Notes: generated from the sequence alone by a model not told the origin. Numbered from the stretch's first letter, positions 48,595 through 57,928 are shown. The stretch: 64,000 nt of DNA from a candidate division FCPU426 bacterium (GCA_963796105.1 CAWCKJ010000011.1:76543-140542); one strand, 5' to 3'. Numbers and translations are program-made.

Positions 48595-49218
48595 TCACCA
48601 CATGGATTCCTTGGGGACGATGACTTTGTCCGCCACCATCCGGTAAAGGCTCCAGCCCATGTCGGCCTTTTTCCTCTCGCCGACGGAGAGCGTCCCAAAA
48701 ACCGTCACGGGCACGTCCATGATGGCGTCGGCGTCCTTCTCCCCGCCCATGCGCACGAACATCCACTCGTTCATCTTGGGGGTGATGCCGTAACAACAGG
48801 TCGCCTGGCTCCTGGCCAGGATGAAGGAGGTGGCCTTGTCCCCGGCCTCGTTCGTGTCGATGGGGATCATGAATCCCACGACCGCGATATCCACCCTGTC
48901 CAATTTCTTTACGAATGCCGGGACGGGGAATTTTTTCTTTTTCAGCCTCAATTTGGGGTCGATCTCCTCATCCATATCGGGGGCGTCATACTTGAAATGC
49001 GCGAGTGTGTCCCAAGTGACCAGGGGGCGGCCTTCCAGCTTGGGATATACGGTGATGGGGGCTGATTTCAGGTCCACCGCCGTGATCGGGTAGATCGCCG
49101 GAGCCGGACCGGCCGGTCGGCCCGAAATGGGTTTGACGGAAATCATCCATCCCGCCGCCAGCAGGACCCCTAATCGCAGGCTGAAAACAAACTTTTTTTG
49201 AAACGGACTATTTTTCAA
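48595..49218 (-). CDS. DUF3299 (ZrgD-like) protein
   Basis: VTWDTL...VVGFMIP...TCCYG...NEW. Confidence 0.85.
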   Translation of the reverse strand: MKNSPFQKKFVFSLRLGVLLAAGWMISVKPISGRPAGPAPAIYPITAVDLKSAPITVYPKLEGRPLVTWDTLAHFKYDAPDMDEEIDPKLRLKKKKFPVPAFVKKLDRVDIAVVGFMIPIDTNEAGDKATSFILARSQATCCYGITPKMNEWMFVRMGGEKDADAIMDVPVTVFGTLSVGERKKADMGWSLYRMVADKVIVPKESMW

Positions 49219-49245
49219 AATCGCCTCCGTATTCGCGCTTGAGCC

Positions 49246-49887
49246 TCAATTAAACCAAGGTTTATCTGTAGGGATTCCGACCTTATCGGATACCATCCGG
49301 TAAAGGCACCATCCCTTATTCGCATGGTCGTATTTCGCGCCTACGCTTAAAGTCCCGAATACCGTGATTGGGACATCCATTTTCCACTCGGTTGACTTTC
49401 CCTTTTCCATCGTGACGTCGATCCACTGGTTCAGTTTGGGGGCGATGCCGTAACAACAAGTCATCTGGCTTTGGGCGAGGATGAATGACAACACCCGGTA
49501 CTTTTCCGAGAGCATCGGGATCATGAAACCCTCCACCATGACTTTCCTGCCGTCCAAGGCCCGGATGGATTCAGGGACTTCCTGTCGCTTATTCCGGACC
49601 GTTTCTTTCGGCTCAAACGGATCGCTGTTTAAATCATCCCGCCGGGTGTTCATGTCATCCGTTTCGTCCGGGGAATCAATCGTGTAGGAACTGAGCAAGT
49701 CGAAACCGACCTTTAAATATCCGTCCGACTCGGGAAAACGGGTCATGGGCTTAAACCCATCGCTCTTCATTTCCATAACTTCTCCGGGAATGACGAGTAA
49801 CAGCAGGATCAGGCCCATCCAAACCAGGCTAAAGGTGCCAAATGCGGCCCCGCGAAACCCCGGTCCATTCCCAGGCATTTTTTCCAC
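49246..49887 (-). CDS. DUF3299 (ZrgD-like) protein
   Basis: LDGRKVMVEGFMIP...TCCYG...NQWI. Confidence 0.85.
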   Translation of the reverse strand: MEKMPGNGPGFRGAAFGTFSLVWMGLILLLLVIPGEVMEMKSDGFKPMTRFPESDGYLKVGFDLLSSYTIDSPDETDDMNTRRDDLNSDPFEPKETVRNKRQEVPESIRALDGRKVMVEGFMIPMLSEKYRVLSFILAQSQMTCCYGIAPKLNQWIDVTMEKGKSTEWKMDVPITVFGTLSVGAKYDHANKGWCLYRMVSDKVGIPTDKPWFN

Positions 49888-49888
49888 C

Positions 49889-50401
49889 TTATTTCCCAGT
49901 AGAATCCGGGGGTTTTACGCCCTCGTTTCCCTCGGGATAGAGGAACCAAACGTTTTTAAAGGCCACGCCCTTCGCCTTGATAGCGGCGATGGTTCCCTCG
50001 AACTTTTCCACACCCTTGAGTTTTTTCGTTATTCCCTTGTATTCGGAAGTGTCGCCGGCGGTCTCCCCCGTCAAGGCATCGGCTACGGGAAGAAGCTTCA
50101 CCACGTAAGGCCCGGTTTTTCCCTTCACCTTGACTTGGATCGACGCTTGGGAAATCCTCACCGGATTTTCCGCCTCCCCGTCCAGGACGAAAGCGTCCAG
50201 TTCCCCCGTCGAGGAATCCAAAAGAAGCTCCACATGGGCGAATTCCTCACCCAATACCACCAATGTCCCGTGATGCGGCGGATGATGTTCGTGGGCTGAA
50301 ACTTGCGCGGCAAAGAGGAGAAACATCGGTATCATCAAAACCGAAGCCAAAATTTTTAATATTTTTTCATTTTTCATCTCAAGTCTCCTTTTTGTTTTCA
50401 A
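49889..50401 (-). CDS. Secreted His-rich putative metal-binding protein
   Basis: Signal peptide followed by HEHHPPHHG...AHVELLLD. Confidence 0.7.
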   Translation of the reverse strand: MKTKRRLEMKNEKILKILASVLMIPMFLLFAAQVSAHEHHPPHHGTLVVLGEEFAHVELLLDSSTGELDAFVLDGEAENPVRISQASIQVKVKGKTGPYVVKLLPVADALTGETAGDTSEYKGITKKLKGVEKFEGTIAAIKAKGVAFKNVWFLYPEGNEGVKPPDSTGK

Positions 50402-50402
50402 A

Positions 50403-51677
50403 CTAAGACAAGGGGTCCAAATTACGGGCCACGTCGGTGGAATAAGCCCTGAGGGCCGGAACGAGCCCGGAAATCGCGCCCAGGACCGTCATGCCGATGG
50501 GTACGGATAACAGGGAGGGATGAAACTGGAACACGTCCAGCACCACGCCCGTCTGCTGGCGCACCACTAAGGCGGTCACGGAAAAAATGGCCAAGTAGAT
50601 GCCGTACCCGGCGAGGGAGCCCATTCCCGCGATGGCGGTTGCTTCCAATACGATGGCTGAAAACACCGTGGAACGCTTGGCGCCCAGTGACCGCAAAATG
50701 GCGAACTCCCGCCGCCGCTCGTTCAGGGTGTTATATAAACTGGAAAGGATGGAGGCGGCGGCCACCAGCATCACCAGGTAGGCCACCAGGGTGAGTATCT
50801 TCGTCACCCACCCCATCTTGTCGAAAAGCTCCGCCATCACCTTACCGATAGGCCAGGCCAGGGTCGCCACTTTGCCCTGGCGGTTGATGGTTTGGTCCAG
50901 CATGAAACCCGCCTGGGGGCTGAAGAACTTCAACATGACGGCGGATACTTCCTTGTCGGCGTCCGGTATTTCCATGCCCTCCTTGGCCGTGTATTCCTTC
51001 CCGGTTCCCCGAAGGACATGGCCCTTCATGCGGTACACGCCGTCGATGGGAATCCAAATGACCCGGTCCGAGGGGGTGTTCGTCGGCTGGAGAACGCCTA
51101 CCACCTGGAAAACTTCCTCGTGCTGCATATTGGGATCGAAGAAAAGCCCGTGGTAAGGTTTGAAGGTGGAGCCAACCTGGAGGCCCAGTTTCCGCGCCGC
51201 GAAACTGCCGATCACGGCCTCCCTTTTCGCCGGGTCGAATACCCGCCCGCCCGGCTGGACCAGAAGATGCCGGCCGTTTTGGTACTCGAATTTCGTGAAG
51301 ATGTCCCCGGTTGTCCCGACGATGCGGTACCCGAAATAGTTGTCCCCCACCGCGTAGGGAACGGCCAGTTCCACCCTCGGGTCTTTTTTCACCGCCGCGT
51401 AAAGCGACCAGGGAATGTTGCCGGGGGAAGTTTCCAATTGGAAAACCGCGTTCAGGACCAGTTGGAGCTGGCTACCCCTGGCGCCCAAAACCGCGTCAAA
51501 GCCGGCTTGGCCGCCCGTAAATGCGCCCCGGGTCTGGTGCTGGATGGAAAAGACCGCCATGGTCAATCCCGTCGCCAGGGCCACCGAAACCACAGTGATG
51601 GCCGTTGAAAGGGCATGCTGCCTCATACTCCGCTTGACCAGGAAAACCAGGTTTTTGAACTTCTTAAAGGGGTTCAT
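50403..51677 (-). CDS. ABC permease, FtsX/MacB type (ZrgC-like)
   Basis: DAVLGARGSQLQLVLNAVF, GDNYFGYRIVGTT, ERRREFAILRSLGA. Confidence 0.9.
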   Translation of the reverse strand: MNPFKKFKNLVFLVKRSMRQHALSTAITVVSVALATGLTMAVFSIQHQTRGAFTGGQAGFDAVLGARGSQLQLVLNAVFQLETSPGNIPWSLYAAVKKDPRVELAVPYAVGDNYFGYRIVGTTGDIFTKFEYQNGRHLLVQPGGRVFDPAKREAVIGSFAARKLGLQVGSTFKPYHGLFFDPNMQHEEVFQVVGVLQPTNTPSDRVIWIPIDGVYRMKGHVLRGTGKEYTAKEGMEIPDADKEVSAVMLKFFSPQAGFMLDQTINRQGKVATLAWPIGKVMAELFDKMGWVTKILTLVAYLVMLVAAASILSSLYNTLNERRREFAILRSLGAKRSTVFSAIVLEATAIAGMGSLAGYGIYLAIFSVTALVVRQQTGVVLDVFQFHPSLLSVPIGMTVLGAISGLVPALRAYSTDVARNLDPLS

Positions 51678-52369
51678 ATCCGTTGTCCCCCTTTACCTGC
51701 CGCCTCAACGGCGCGGTTGATATGGCTTAAGTTTTCAACCTTCTCGAATTTTGATAAGACGTCCCGGTCATGGCTCACCAGGAGAAGGGCCGCCCCGTTC
51801 TCCCGGCAAATCTGCCGGATGAGGGATAGGGAATCCATGGCCCTAATATGGTCCAGGTGGCCCGTGGGCTCGTCTGCCAACACCAATTGGGGATGGTTGG
51901 CCAGGGCCCTAGCCACCGCGACCCTCTGCTGCTGCCCCACCGACATCTGCCTGGGAAGATAATGGAGGCGTTTTGTCAGCCCAACCTTTTCCAGCAGGGA
52001 AACCGCGTAAGTTGCGTCGGTCCCAGGGCCAAACATCATTCCCAATTCCACGTTCTCCAAGGCCGTATAGCCCTGCAAGAGGTTGAAGGTTTGGAATATA
52101 TAACCCAGCGATTGCGCGCGGACCGTATCCCTCGCGCTTTCGGAAAGGGATTCCATTTCCCGCCCGGCCAGCCGGATGCTTCCCTCGTCGGCTTTCAATA
52201 TCCCGGCGATGAGGTTCAAAAAAGTCGTTTTTCCGGAACCGCTCTCGCCCGCCAGGGCCATTTGCTCGCCCTGGCCCAGGGAGAAATAACCAACGTTAAC
52301 GACCAGTTGTTCGCCGCCTTCCGGCGACGGGTAGGATTTTTTTAAGTTTTTAATCTCAAGAACTTTCAT
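51674..52369 (-). CDS. ABC ATP-binding protein (LolD/ZrgB-like)
   Basis: GESGSGKT, MSVGQQQR, ADEPT, VSHD. Confidence 0.93.
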   Translation of the reverse strand: MKVLEIKNLKKSYPSPEGGEQLVVNVGYFSLGQGEQMALAGESGSGKTTFLNLIAGILKADEGSIRLAGREMESLSESARDTVRAQSLGYIFQTFNLLQGYTALENVELGMMFGPGTDATYAVSLLEKVGLTKRLHYLPRQMSVGQQQRVAVARALANHPQLVLADEPTGHLDHIRAMDSLSLIRQICRENGAALLLVSHDRDVLSKFEKVENLSHINRAVEAAGKGGQRI

Positions 52370-52559
52370 ATTTCCCTCATGTCTTTGACCGGTTAATAAA
52401 AGAATCAACGGGAATAAACAGGGATATGCCTTGGATCGAACGGGAAATTGGCCGGGAATATGAGCTTGGGAAAATCCGGAATTTATGCTGGTATGCCGGA
52501 ATAAGCGGAAGTGTTTAAAGCACTAACGCCGCCCTATCGGTTGTTTTCCCGTTTGAAGG

Positions 52560-52853
52560 TTATGAAAGGACTACAGGAGGGGCACGGCCAAAATGAAGGG
52601 TGAATTTAGTGCTGCGGAAAGACGGAAGATAAACCAAGACCGCGAAAAATAACGCGAAAATCGGGACAATCTCGACGGGTGCGGAGGAAAAATCCGAATT
52701 ACTGAGTGCCTTGTGAAAGCCGCAGTAAGCGCAATCATTGTCTTCCGTTTTTTCGTGGTGGTGGTGGATGTAGTTTTCGGATAGATCCACACCGGCGAAA
52801 ATCAAGAAGACGGAAATCGCTGTGAATTTAATCCACTTGCGTGAACGCATCAT
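52560..52853 (-). CDS. DUF2946/CruR-like leader ORF (His, CxxC, RAPP)
   Basis: TM segment, HHHH, CAYC, C-terminal GRAPP; AAGGAG RBS; first ORF of the operon. Confidence 0.72.
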   Translation of the reverse strand: MMRSRKWIKFTAISVFLIFAGVDLSENYIHHHHEKTEDNDCAYCGFHKALSNSDFSSAPVEIVPIFALFFAVLVYLPSFRSTKFTLHFGRAPPVVLS

Positions 52854-53124
52854 AGCTCCTTCTAACACCGCCTTTCATGATGCAAACCCCAGGAGCGAAA
52901 GTCAATCCTGGAACGGTTAAAAATAAGAAAAAAGGGGGTGTGGAGGCTTCCTTCCTAACCGGCAAAAAAACAAGGCTCCAAAATGCCCTTTTACCAGCTT
53001 CAGGTTGGGGAATTCCACATTTGCGGCAATGTCAGGCAGGACAAGTTAAAACCATAAGTTATGCAAGCAAGTCCCCCCATCTGGCCAAACATTTTAACCC
53101 CACGTCTGGCCGGTTACTTTGACT

Positions 53125-53521
53125 CTGGAACCACGAGAACCCGGGAATCCTGGAACTCCTGGAACTGGCCTGGAACCACGAGAACCCGAAAACCTGGAAC
53201 TCTGGAACTTCTGGAACCGGCCTGGAACCACGAGAACCCGGGAATCTTGGAACCTTGGAACTTTGGAACTGGCTTGGAATCACGGAAATCCGGGGTTCTT
53301 GGAACCTTGGAACTTTGGAACTGGCTTGGAACCACGGAAACTCGGGGTTCTTGGAACCTTGGAACTTTGGAACTGGCTTGGAACCACGGAAACTCGGGGT
53401 TCTTGGAACCTTGGAACTCGGGAATCCTGGAACTCTGAAACTGGCCTGGAACCTTGGTTCCCAAGATCCTGGAACTCTGGAACTCCTGGAACTGGGTTGA
53501 TGCCCCTGGTTCCAGGGTTCC
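53125..53521. repeat. Hierarchical tandem array built on TGGAAC
   Basis: Higher-order unit of about 52 bp: TGGAACCACGGAAACTCGGGGTTCT-TGGAACCT-TGGAACTT-TGGAACTGGCT. Confidence 0.92.
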
Positions 53522-53599
53522 TGAGATTTATCGGTTTACCCCCCGAAGTCTAGGACGTAGGGGGCTTACCGGACGACGGAAATGTGGGCGGTTTATCCT

Positions 53600-53733
53600 C
53601 TGGAACTGGGTTGAGCCCCCCATACTGGGTGGTACTGTGTTGCTAGCCTCCAATACTGGGTTGAGTCCCCATACTGGGTTGTACTGTGTTGCTAGCCTCC
53701 AATACTGGGTTGAGTCCCCATACTGGGTTGTAC
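53600..53733. repeat. ACTGGGTTG tandem array, left part
   Basis: 49-bp units ACTGGGTTGAGTCCCCAT-ACTGGGTTGT-ACTGTGTTGCTAGCCTCCAAT; interrupted by an IS21. Confidence 0.9.
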
Positions 53734-53937
53734 TGCATATTCCAATTGAAAGCGCGCACCCAATCCAATCGAATCCGCGCACTAAATCCAATCCAAAGCG
53801 CGCACCTAATCCAATCGAAAGCGTGCACCCCTAGAAAGCTATTTCTAGGGTTTGAAGGGAGGGCGAACGATGCGGGATAACCTTCAACAGGGTTATTCTT
53901 GGCCTTTTTTGGTTGTTCCAAAACCAAGGAGGTCGGA

Positions 53938-55485
53938 ATGCCAAGGGAGCGTTCATCCATGCGTCAAATCAGGGAAGTATTGCGGTTGAAGTACGAGAAG
54001 GGGCTGAGTCTTCGAAATATTGCCCGAGGCTGTGGACTAGGCGAAACAACTGTTCGGGAATATATCATCAGGGCGCAGAAAGCCGGGTTGGTTTGGCCGC
54101 TTCCAGCCGATTTGGACGATGCCACGTTGGAAACACGACTATTCCCCTCGGGTCCCATCGAACCCAGAAATAAATCCAGACCCCTGCCCACCTGGAATCA
54201 AATCCACCAGGAACTTAAACGCAAGGGCGTTACCATGGAGCTCTTGTGGCAAGAGTACAAGAATATCCATCCCGATGGATACCTGCGAAGCCGTTTCTTC
54301 GGGCTCTACCGGGACTGGACCCAAACCTTGGATGTTTCCATGCGGTTGGACCACAAGGCCGGTGAAAAGTTAATGGTCGATTACGCCGGCCTAACCATGC
54401 CCGTTGTGGATCGCTTGACCGGGGAAATTCGTGAAGCCCAAATCTTCGTGGCCGTGTCCTGCGCCAGTAATTACGCCTATGCCGAGGCCACCTGGACCCA
54501 GGGACTTCCAGATTGGATCGCCTCCCACCAAAGGGCTTTCAGATTCTTCGGTGGTATCCACGAGTTGATAGTTCCCGACAATCTCAAAAGCGGCATTACC
54601 CGTCCTTGCCGCTATGAGCCCCAACCCAATGCCACCTACCAGGAACTCGCCAACCATTACGGTACTGCCATCCTTCCGGCCCGGGTCCGAAAACCAAGGG
54701 ACAAGGCCAAGGTAGAAAAAGGCGTTCAGGATATCGAGCGTCAAATCCTAGCGGTTCTTCGCCACCGGCAATTTTTCTCCCTCGCCGACCTCAACGAGGC
54801 CATCGCCGAGCTTTTGGTGAAGTTCAATGCCAAACCCTTCCAGAAGATTCCCGGTTCCCGAAAGTCCCTCTTTGAGGAGCTGGAAAAGCCCCTTTTGAAG
54901 CCTCTTCCTGAGGTTCCCTACGACTTCGCCCAATGGAAACAAGCCCGGGTGCATATCGACTACCACGTCGAAATCGACCGACACTATTACAGCATTCCCT
55001 ACCAATTGGTCGGCCAAAGTATTTGGGTTCGAACCACATCCTCCATCGTGGAATGTTTCCACCAACACAAGCGGGTGGCCAGCCATTTACGGTCCTTCGT
55101 GAAAGGCTATCACACTACCTGCAAGGACCATATGCCCAAGAATCACAAGGACTACGGGGATTGGAGCCCCGAAAGACTTTTGCGCTGGGCTCATTCGCTG
55201 GGGGATTCAGTCGAGAAATGCGTGGAACAGATATTGGCTTCCAAAGTTCATCCCCAGCAGGGTTACCGGGCCTGTCTGGGACTTATCCAACTTTCCAAGC
55301 AGTTCGGCGCGGCGAGGCTCAACGCCGCCTGCTCGCGCGCTTTGGCTTCCAACGCTGTTTCCCGAAGGAGCATCCAGTCCATCCTCAAGACCGGCCTGGA
55401 TCAGCGTCCCTTGGAAAGCCAAGTGGTGTGTTTACCCCTTCCCCTGCACGACAACGTACGGGGATCGGCCTATTACCAGCTTTGA
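53938..55485 (+). CDS. istA: IS21 transposase IstA
   Basis: HKAGEKLMVDYAG, VPDNLKSG, DKAKVEKGV, HDNVRG..YY. Confidence 0.95.
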   Translation: MPRERSSMRQIREVLRLKYEKGLSLRNIARGCGLGETTVREYIIRAQKAGLVWPLPADLDDATLETRLFPSGPIEPRNKSRPLPTWNQIHQELKRKGVTMELLWQEYKNIHPDGYLRSRFFGLYRDWTQTLDVSMRLDHKAGEKLMVDYAGLTMPVVDRLTGEIREAQIFVAVSCASNYAYAEATWTQGLPDWIASHQRAFRFFGGIHELIVPDNLKSGITRPCRYEPQPNATYQELANHYGTAILPARVRKPRDKAKVEKGVQDIERQILAVLRHRQFFSLADLNEAIAELLVKFNAKPFQKIPGSRKSLFEELEKPLLKPLPEVPYDFAQWKQARVHIDYHVEIDRHYYSIPYQLVGQSIWVRTTSSIVECFHQHKRVASHLRSFVKGYHTTCKDHMPKNHKDYGDWSPERLLRWAHSLGDSVEKCVEQILASKVHPQQGYRACLGLIQLSKQFGAARLNAACSRALASNAVSRRSIQSILKTGLDQRPLESQVVCLPLPLHDNVRGSAYYQL

Positions 55486-55506
55486 AATCAATCACAAGGA
55501 GGACGT

Positions 55507-56256
55507 ATGCTTCAACACCCTACCCTGGACAAGCTTTATCAACTGAGATTGCCCGGCATGCTCAAGGCCCTGCAAGAGCAGATGGAAAATCCTGAATGCA
55601 GTTCCTTGAGTTTCGAGGAAAGGTTCGCTTTGTTGTTGGACCGGGAGGAGATGATGAGATCCAACAGCCGCCTCACCGCCAGGCTGCAAAGGGCGAAACT
55701 ACGTCTTCCGGCAACGATGGAGGACGTGGATTACCAACAGCCCCGCGGTCTAGACAAGGCGAAAATCCTGTCACTGGCATCCTGCGCTTGGCTTCGATCC
55801 CATGACAACTGCCTGATTACAGGGCCCACGGGCTGTGGAAAGAGCTACCTAGCCTGTGCCCTGGGGCACCAGGGCTGCCGTGAAGGGTTCCACGTTCTTT
55901 ACTTGAGGGTTCCCAAACTTTTCCAAGACTTGGCCCTGGCCAAGGCGGATGGACGATATGGGAAAATCCTCGTCTCCTTCTCCCACTATGACCTTTTGAT
56001 CCTGGACGATTGGGGAACGGCGGTTCTCACCGATGAGCAACGCAAGGACTTGTTTGAGATATTGGAGGACCGATATGACCGGCGATCCACCTTGGTAACT
56101 TCCCAAGTCCCGCCAAGCCATTGGCACGAAATCATCGGAGACCCGACTTTAGCTGACGCCATTCTTGACCGGCTAATCCACAACTCCCATTCCATCGTCT
56201 TGAAAGGAGAATCCATGCGGAAAAATCGTAAAATCCAGGCCAACCCTGACGGCTAA
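55507..56256 (+). CDS. istB: IS21 helper ATPase IstB
   Basis: GPTGCGKS, LLILDDWG, ADAILDRLIHN, GESMRK. Confidence 0.95.
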   Translation: MLQHPTLDKLYQLRLPGMLKALQEQMENPECSSLSFEERFALLLDREEMMRSNSRLTARLQRAKLRLPATMEDVDYQQPRGLDKAKILSLASCAWLRSHDNCLITGPTGCGKSYLACALGHQGCREGFHVLYLRVPKLFQDLALAKADGRYGKILVSFSHYDLLILDDWGTAVLTDEQRKDLFEILEDRYDRRSTLVTSQVPPSHWHEIIGDPTLADAILDRLIHNSHSIVLKGESMRKNRKIQANPDG

Positions 56257-56434
56257 ACCATTTTCTTCTTTCAGAATTGGTTCTTGGCCGTGTAGCATCG
56301 GAAATTAATAAATCAGTCAAAGGAATTTAAAACCAGAATAACCCCGCGTCGAACACCTTCTAAATGCGCGCTTTGGATTGGATTTAGTGCGCGGATTTAA
56401 TTGGAGGGAATGCGCGCTTTCGTTGGATTATGAA

Positions 56435-56727
56435 TTGTACTGGGTTGGTAGCCTCCAATACTGGGTTGAGCCCTCTCATACTGGGTTGTACTGGGTTGAG
56501 AACCTCCAATACTGGGTTGAGCCCCCATACTGGGTTGTACTGGGTTGCCAGCCTCCAATACTGGGTTGAGCCCTCTCATACTGGGTTGTACTGGGTTGAG
56601 AACCTCCAATACTGGGTTGAGCCCCCATACTGGGTTGTACTGGGTTGCCAGCCTCCAATACTGGGTTGAGTCCCCTCATACTAGGTTGTACTGGGTTGAG
56701 AACCTCCAATACTGGGTTGAGCCCCCA
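56435..56727. repeat. ACTGGGTTG tandem array, right part
   Basis: Alternating 51- and 49-bp units (about 100-bp higher order), each with three ACTGGGTTG cores. Confidence 0.92.
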
Positions 56728-56736
56728 CGAAACATA

Positions 56737-56788
56737 GGGGTCAGGCCACACGCTCCGCAGCGTGTGGCAGTGATCATTCATCACTTTA
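56737..56788. repeat. Left inverted repeat of the RAYT gene, with an inserted hairpin
   Basis: GGGGTCAGGCC + 25-nt insert (forms stem GCCACACGCT/AGCGTGTGGC) + ATCATTCATCACTTTA. Confidence 0.8.
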
Positions 56789-57719
56789 TCAGCTTTCGTG
56801 CAAACTTTTCGTCTTCCGCCAACCTTTTTTTGATCTTCATCAATCGGTTTCCCACCGCGCTTTCCCCCACCCCCATCTTTATTCCTATCGCCTTGGAACT
56901 CATTCCTGATTTTCTCTTTAATAAATATATCGCCATATCCCGGGCTTCCGACTCCCTTTTGCCTGCCCTCAATATTTCCTCCGGTTTTTCGCCATACATT
57001 CTCCCTACTTTCTCCAGCACTTCTTTCGGATCTTGCTTTACCACGTGTTTCTGGTATTTCGGTACATCCAAATGTTTGTGACGTTGCCCTACTTCGTGGA
57101 CTTTTTCCAAAAACTCCTTACCACCCAGGTATATACGCGAATACAAATCATCCCAAGGCTTTTCTTTCTTCCCCATCCCCTCTTCCACAAAAGTCCTGTA
57201 TGATTTTTGCGCCTTTTTTCTTTCCTTTCCAAACTGCCCTAATAACCAGTCCACTTTCAGCCATTTTTCCGCCCTATCAAATCCCGCTGTCGCCCGGTAA
57301 CTACTCCACTTCCAGTCTTTGGGGTGTTTTACCATCCGGGCCCTTACCGGATTCAATACCACATACCGGCTTAATTCCTTTAAATAACTGTCTTTCTCCA
57401 CAATAATGGCCTTATACCGCCCCTGGAACAAATGCCCGTTCCGATAATGCTTTTTATTGAATTTTTGTGTGTATTGGGCGTTTAAATGTTTCATGGCTGT
57501 TGATAAATTCGCGCTTGGGGTTTCCAGCATCAAATGGTAATGGTTATCCATCAATACCCAAGCGTGACATAACACACCATTCTCTTCAATCATTTCCCCC
57601 AATAACCGAATAAACATCCAGCGGTCGGCGTCATTCATAACAATCTTTCGCCGTTCATTACCGCGCGAGGTTACATGGTAAACCGCCCCTTCGTAATGGA
57701 TCCGTTTAGGTCTTGGCAT
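56781..57719 (-). CDS. REP-associated/IS200-like Y1 (HUH) transposase with C-terminal HTH
   Basis: YHVTSRGN, VLMDNHYHL (HUH), GHLFQGRY, RYVVLNPVRA (catalytic Tyr), WSSY; DnaA-C-like tail. Confidence 0.9.
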   Translation of the reverse strand: MPRPKRIHYEGAVYHVTSRGNERRKIVMNDADRWMFIRLLGEMIEENGVLCHAWVLMDNHYHLMLETPSANLSTAMKHLNAQYTQKFNKKHYRNGHLFQGRYKAIIVEKDSYLKELSRYVVLNPVRARMVKHPKDWKWSSYRATAGFDRAEKWLKVDWLLGQFGKERKKAQKSYRTFVEEGMGKKEKPWDDLYSRIYLGGKEFLEKVHEVGQRHKHLDVPKYQKHVVKQDPKEVLEKVGRMYGEKPEEILRAGKRESEARDMAIYLLKRKSGMSSKAIGIKMGVGESAVGNRLMKIKKRLAEDEKFARKLIK

Positions 57720-57749
57720 TAGGGCATTGTAAACAACTCACACTATTTG

Positions 57750-57776
57750 TAAAGTGATGAATGATGGCCTGACCCC
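57750..57776. repeat. Right inverted repeat of the RAYT gene
   Basis: TAAAGTGATGAATGATGGCCTGACCCC is the exact reverse complement of the left repeat minus its insert. Confidence 0.8.
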
Positions 57777-57928
57777 TTTGTTTTTCGTACCAATTCTTTC
57801 CGATCCTGATCCGATCGGACGATATTCTTCCTCTCGTTCCCTCGGGAGGTCACGTGGTACACAGCCCCTATAAAATGAACCCTTAACGCTCTGGCCATTC
57901 ATGAAATATACAATATCCAGAGTGTAAA

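Larger units (their letters stand above)
53734..56434 (+). mobile_element. IS21-family element 2
   Basis: Ends TGCATATTCCAATTGAAAGCGCGCA / TGCGCGCTTTCGTTGGATTATGAA; subterminal TCCAAT..AA.CGCGCAC repeats; 6-bp TSD TTGTAC (53728-53733, 56435-56440). Confidence 0.92.

Noticed and set aside
53059..53834. Overlapping ORFs across the TGGAAC/ACTGGGTTG arrays (likewise 56378-56784)
   Set aside because: Open in several frames and on both strands because of low complexity; most unit lengths are not multiples of three; no RBS
53125..56727. CRISPR array interpretation of the TGGAAC and ACTGGGTTG repeats
   Set aside because: Intervening sequences are themselves repeated, cores are only 6-9 bp, and no cas genes are in the window
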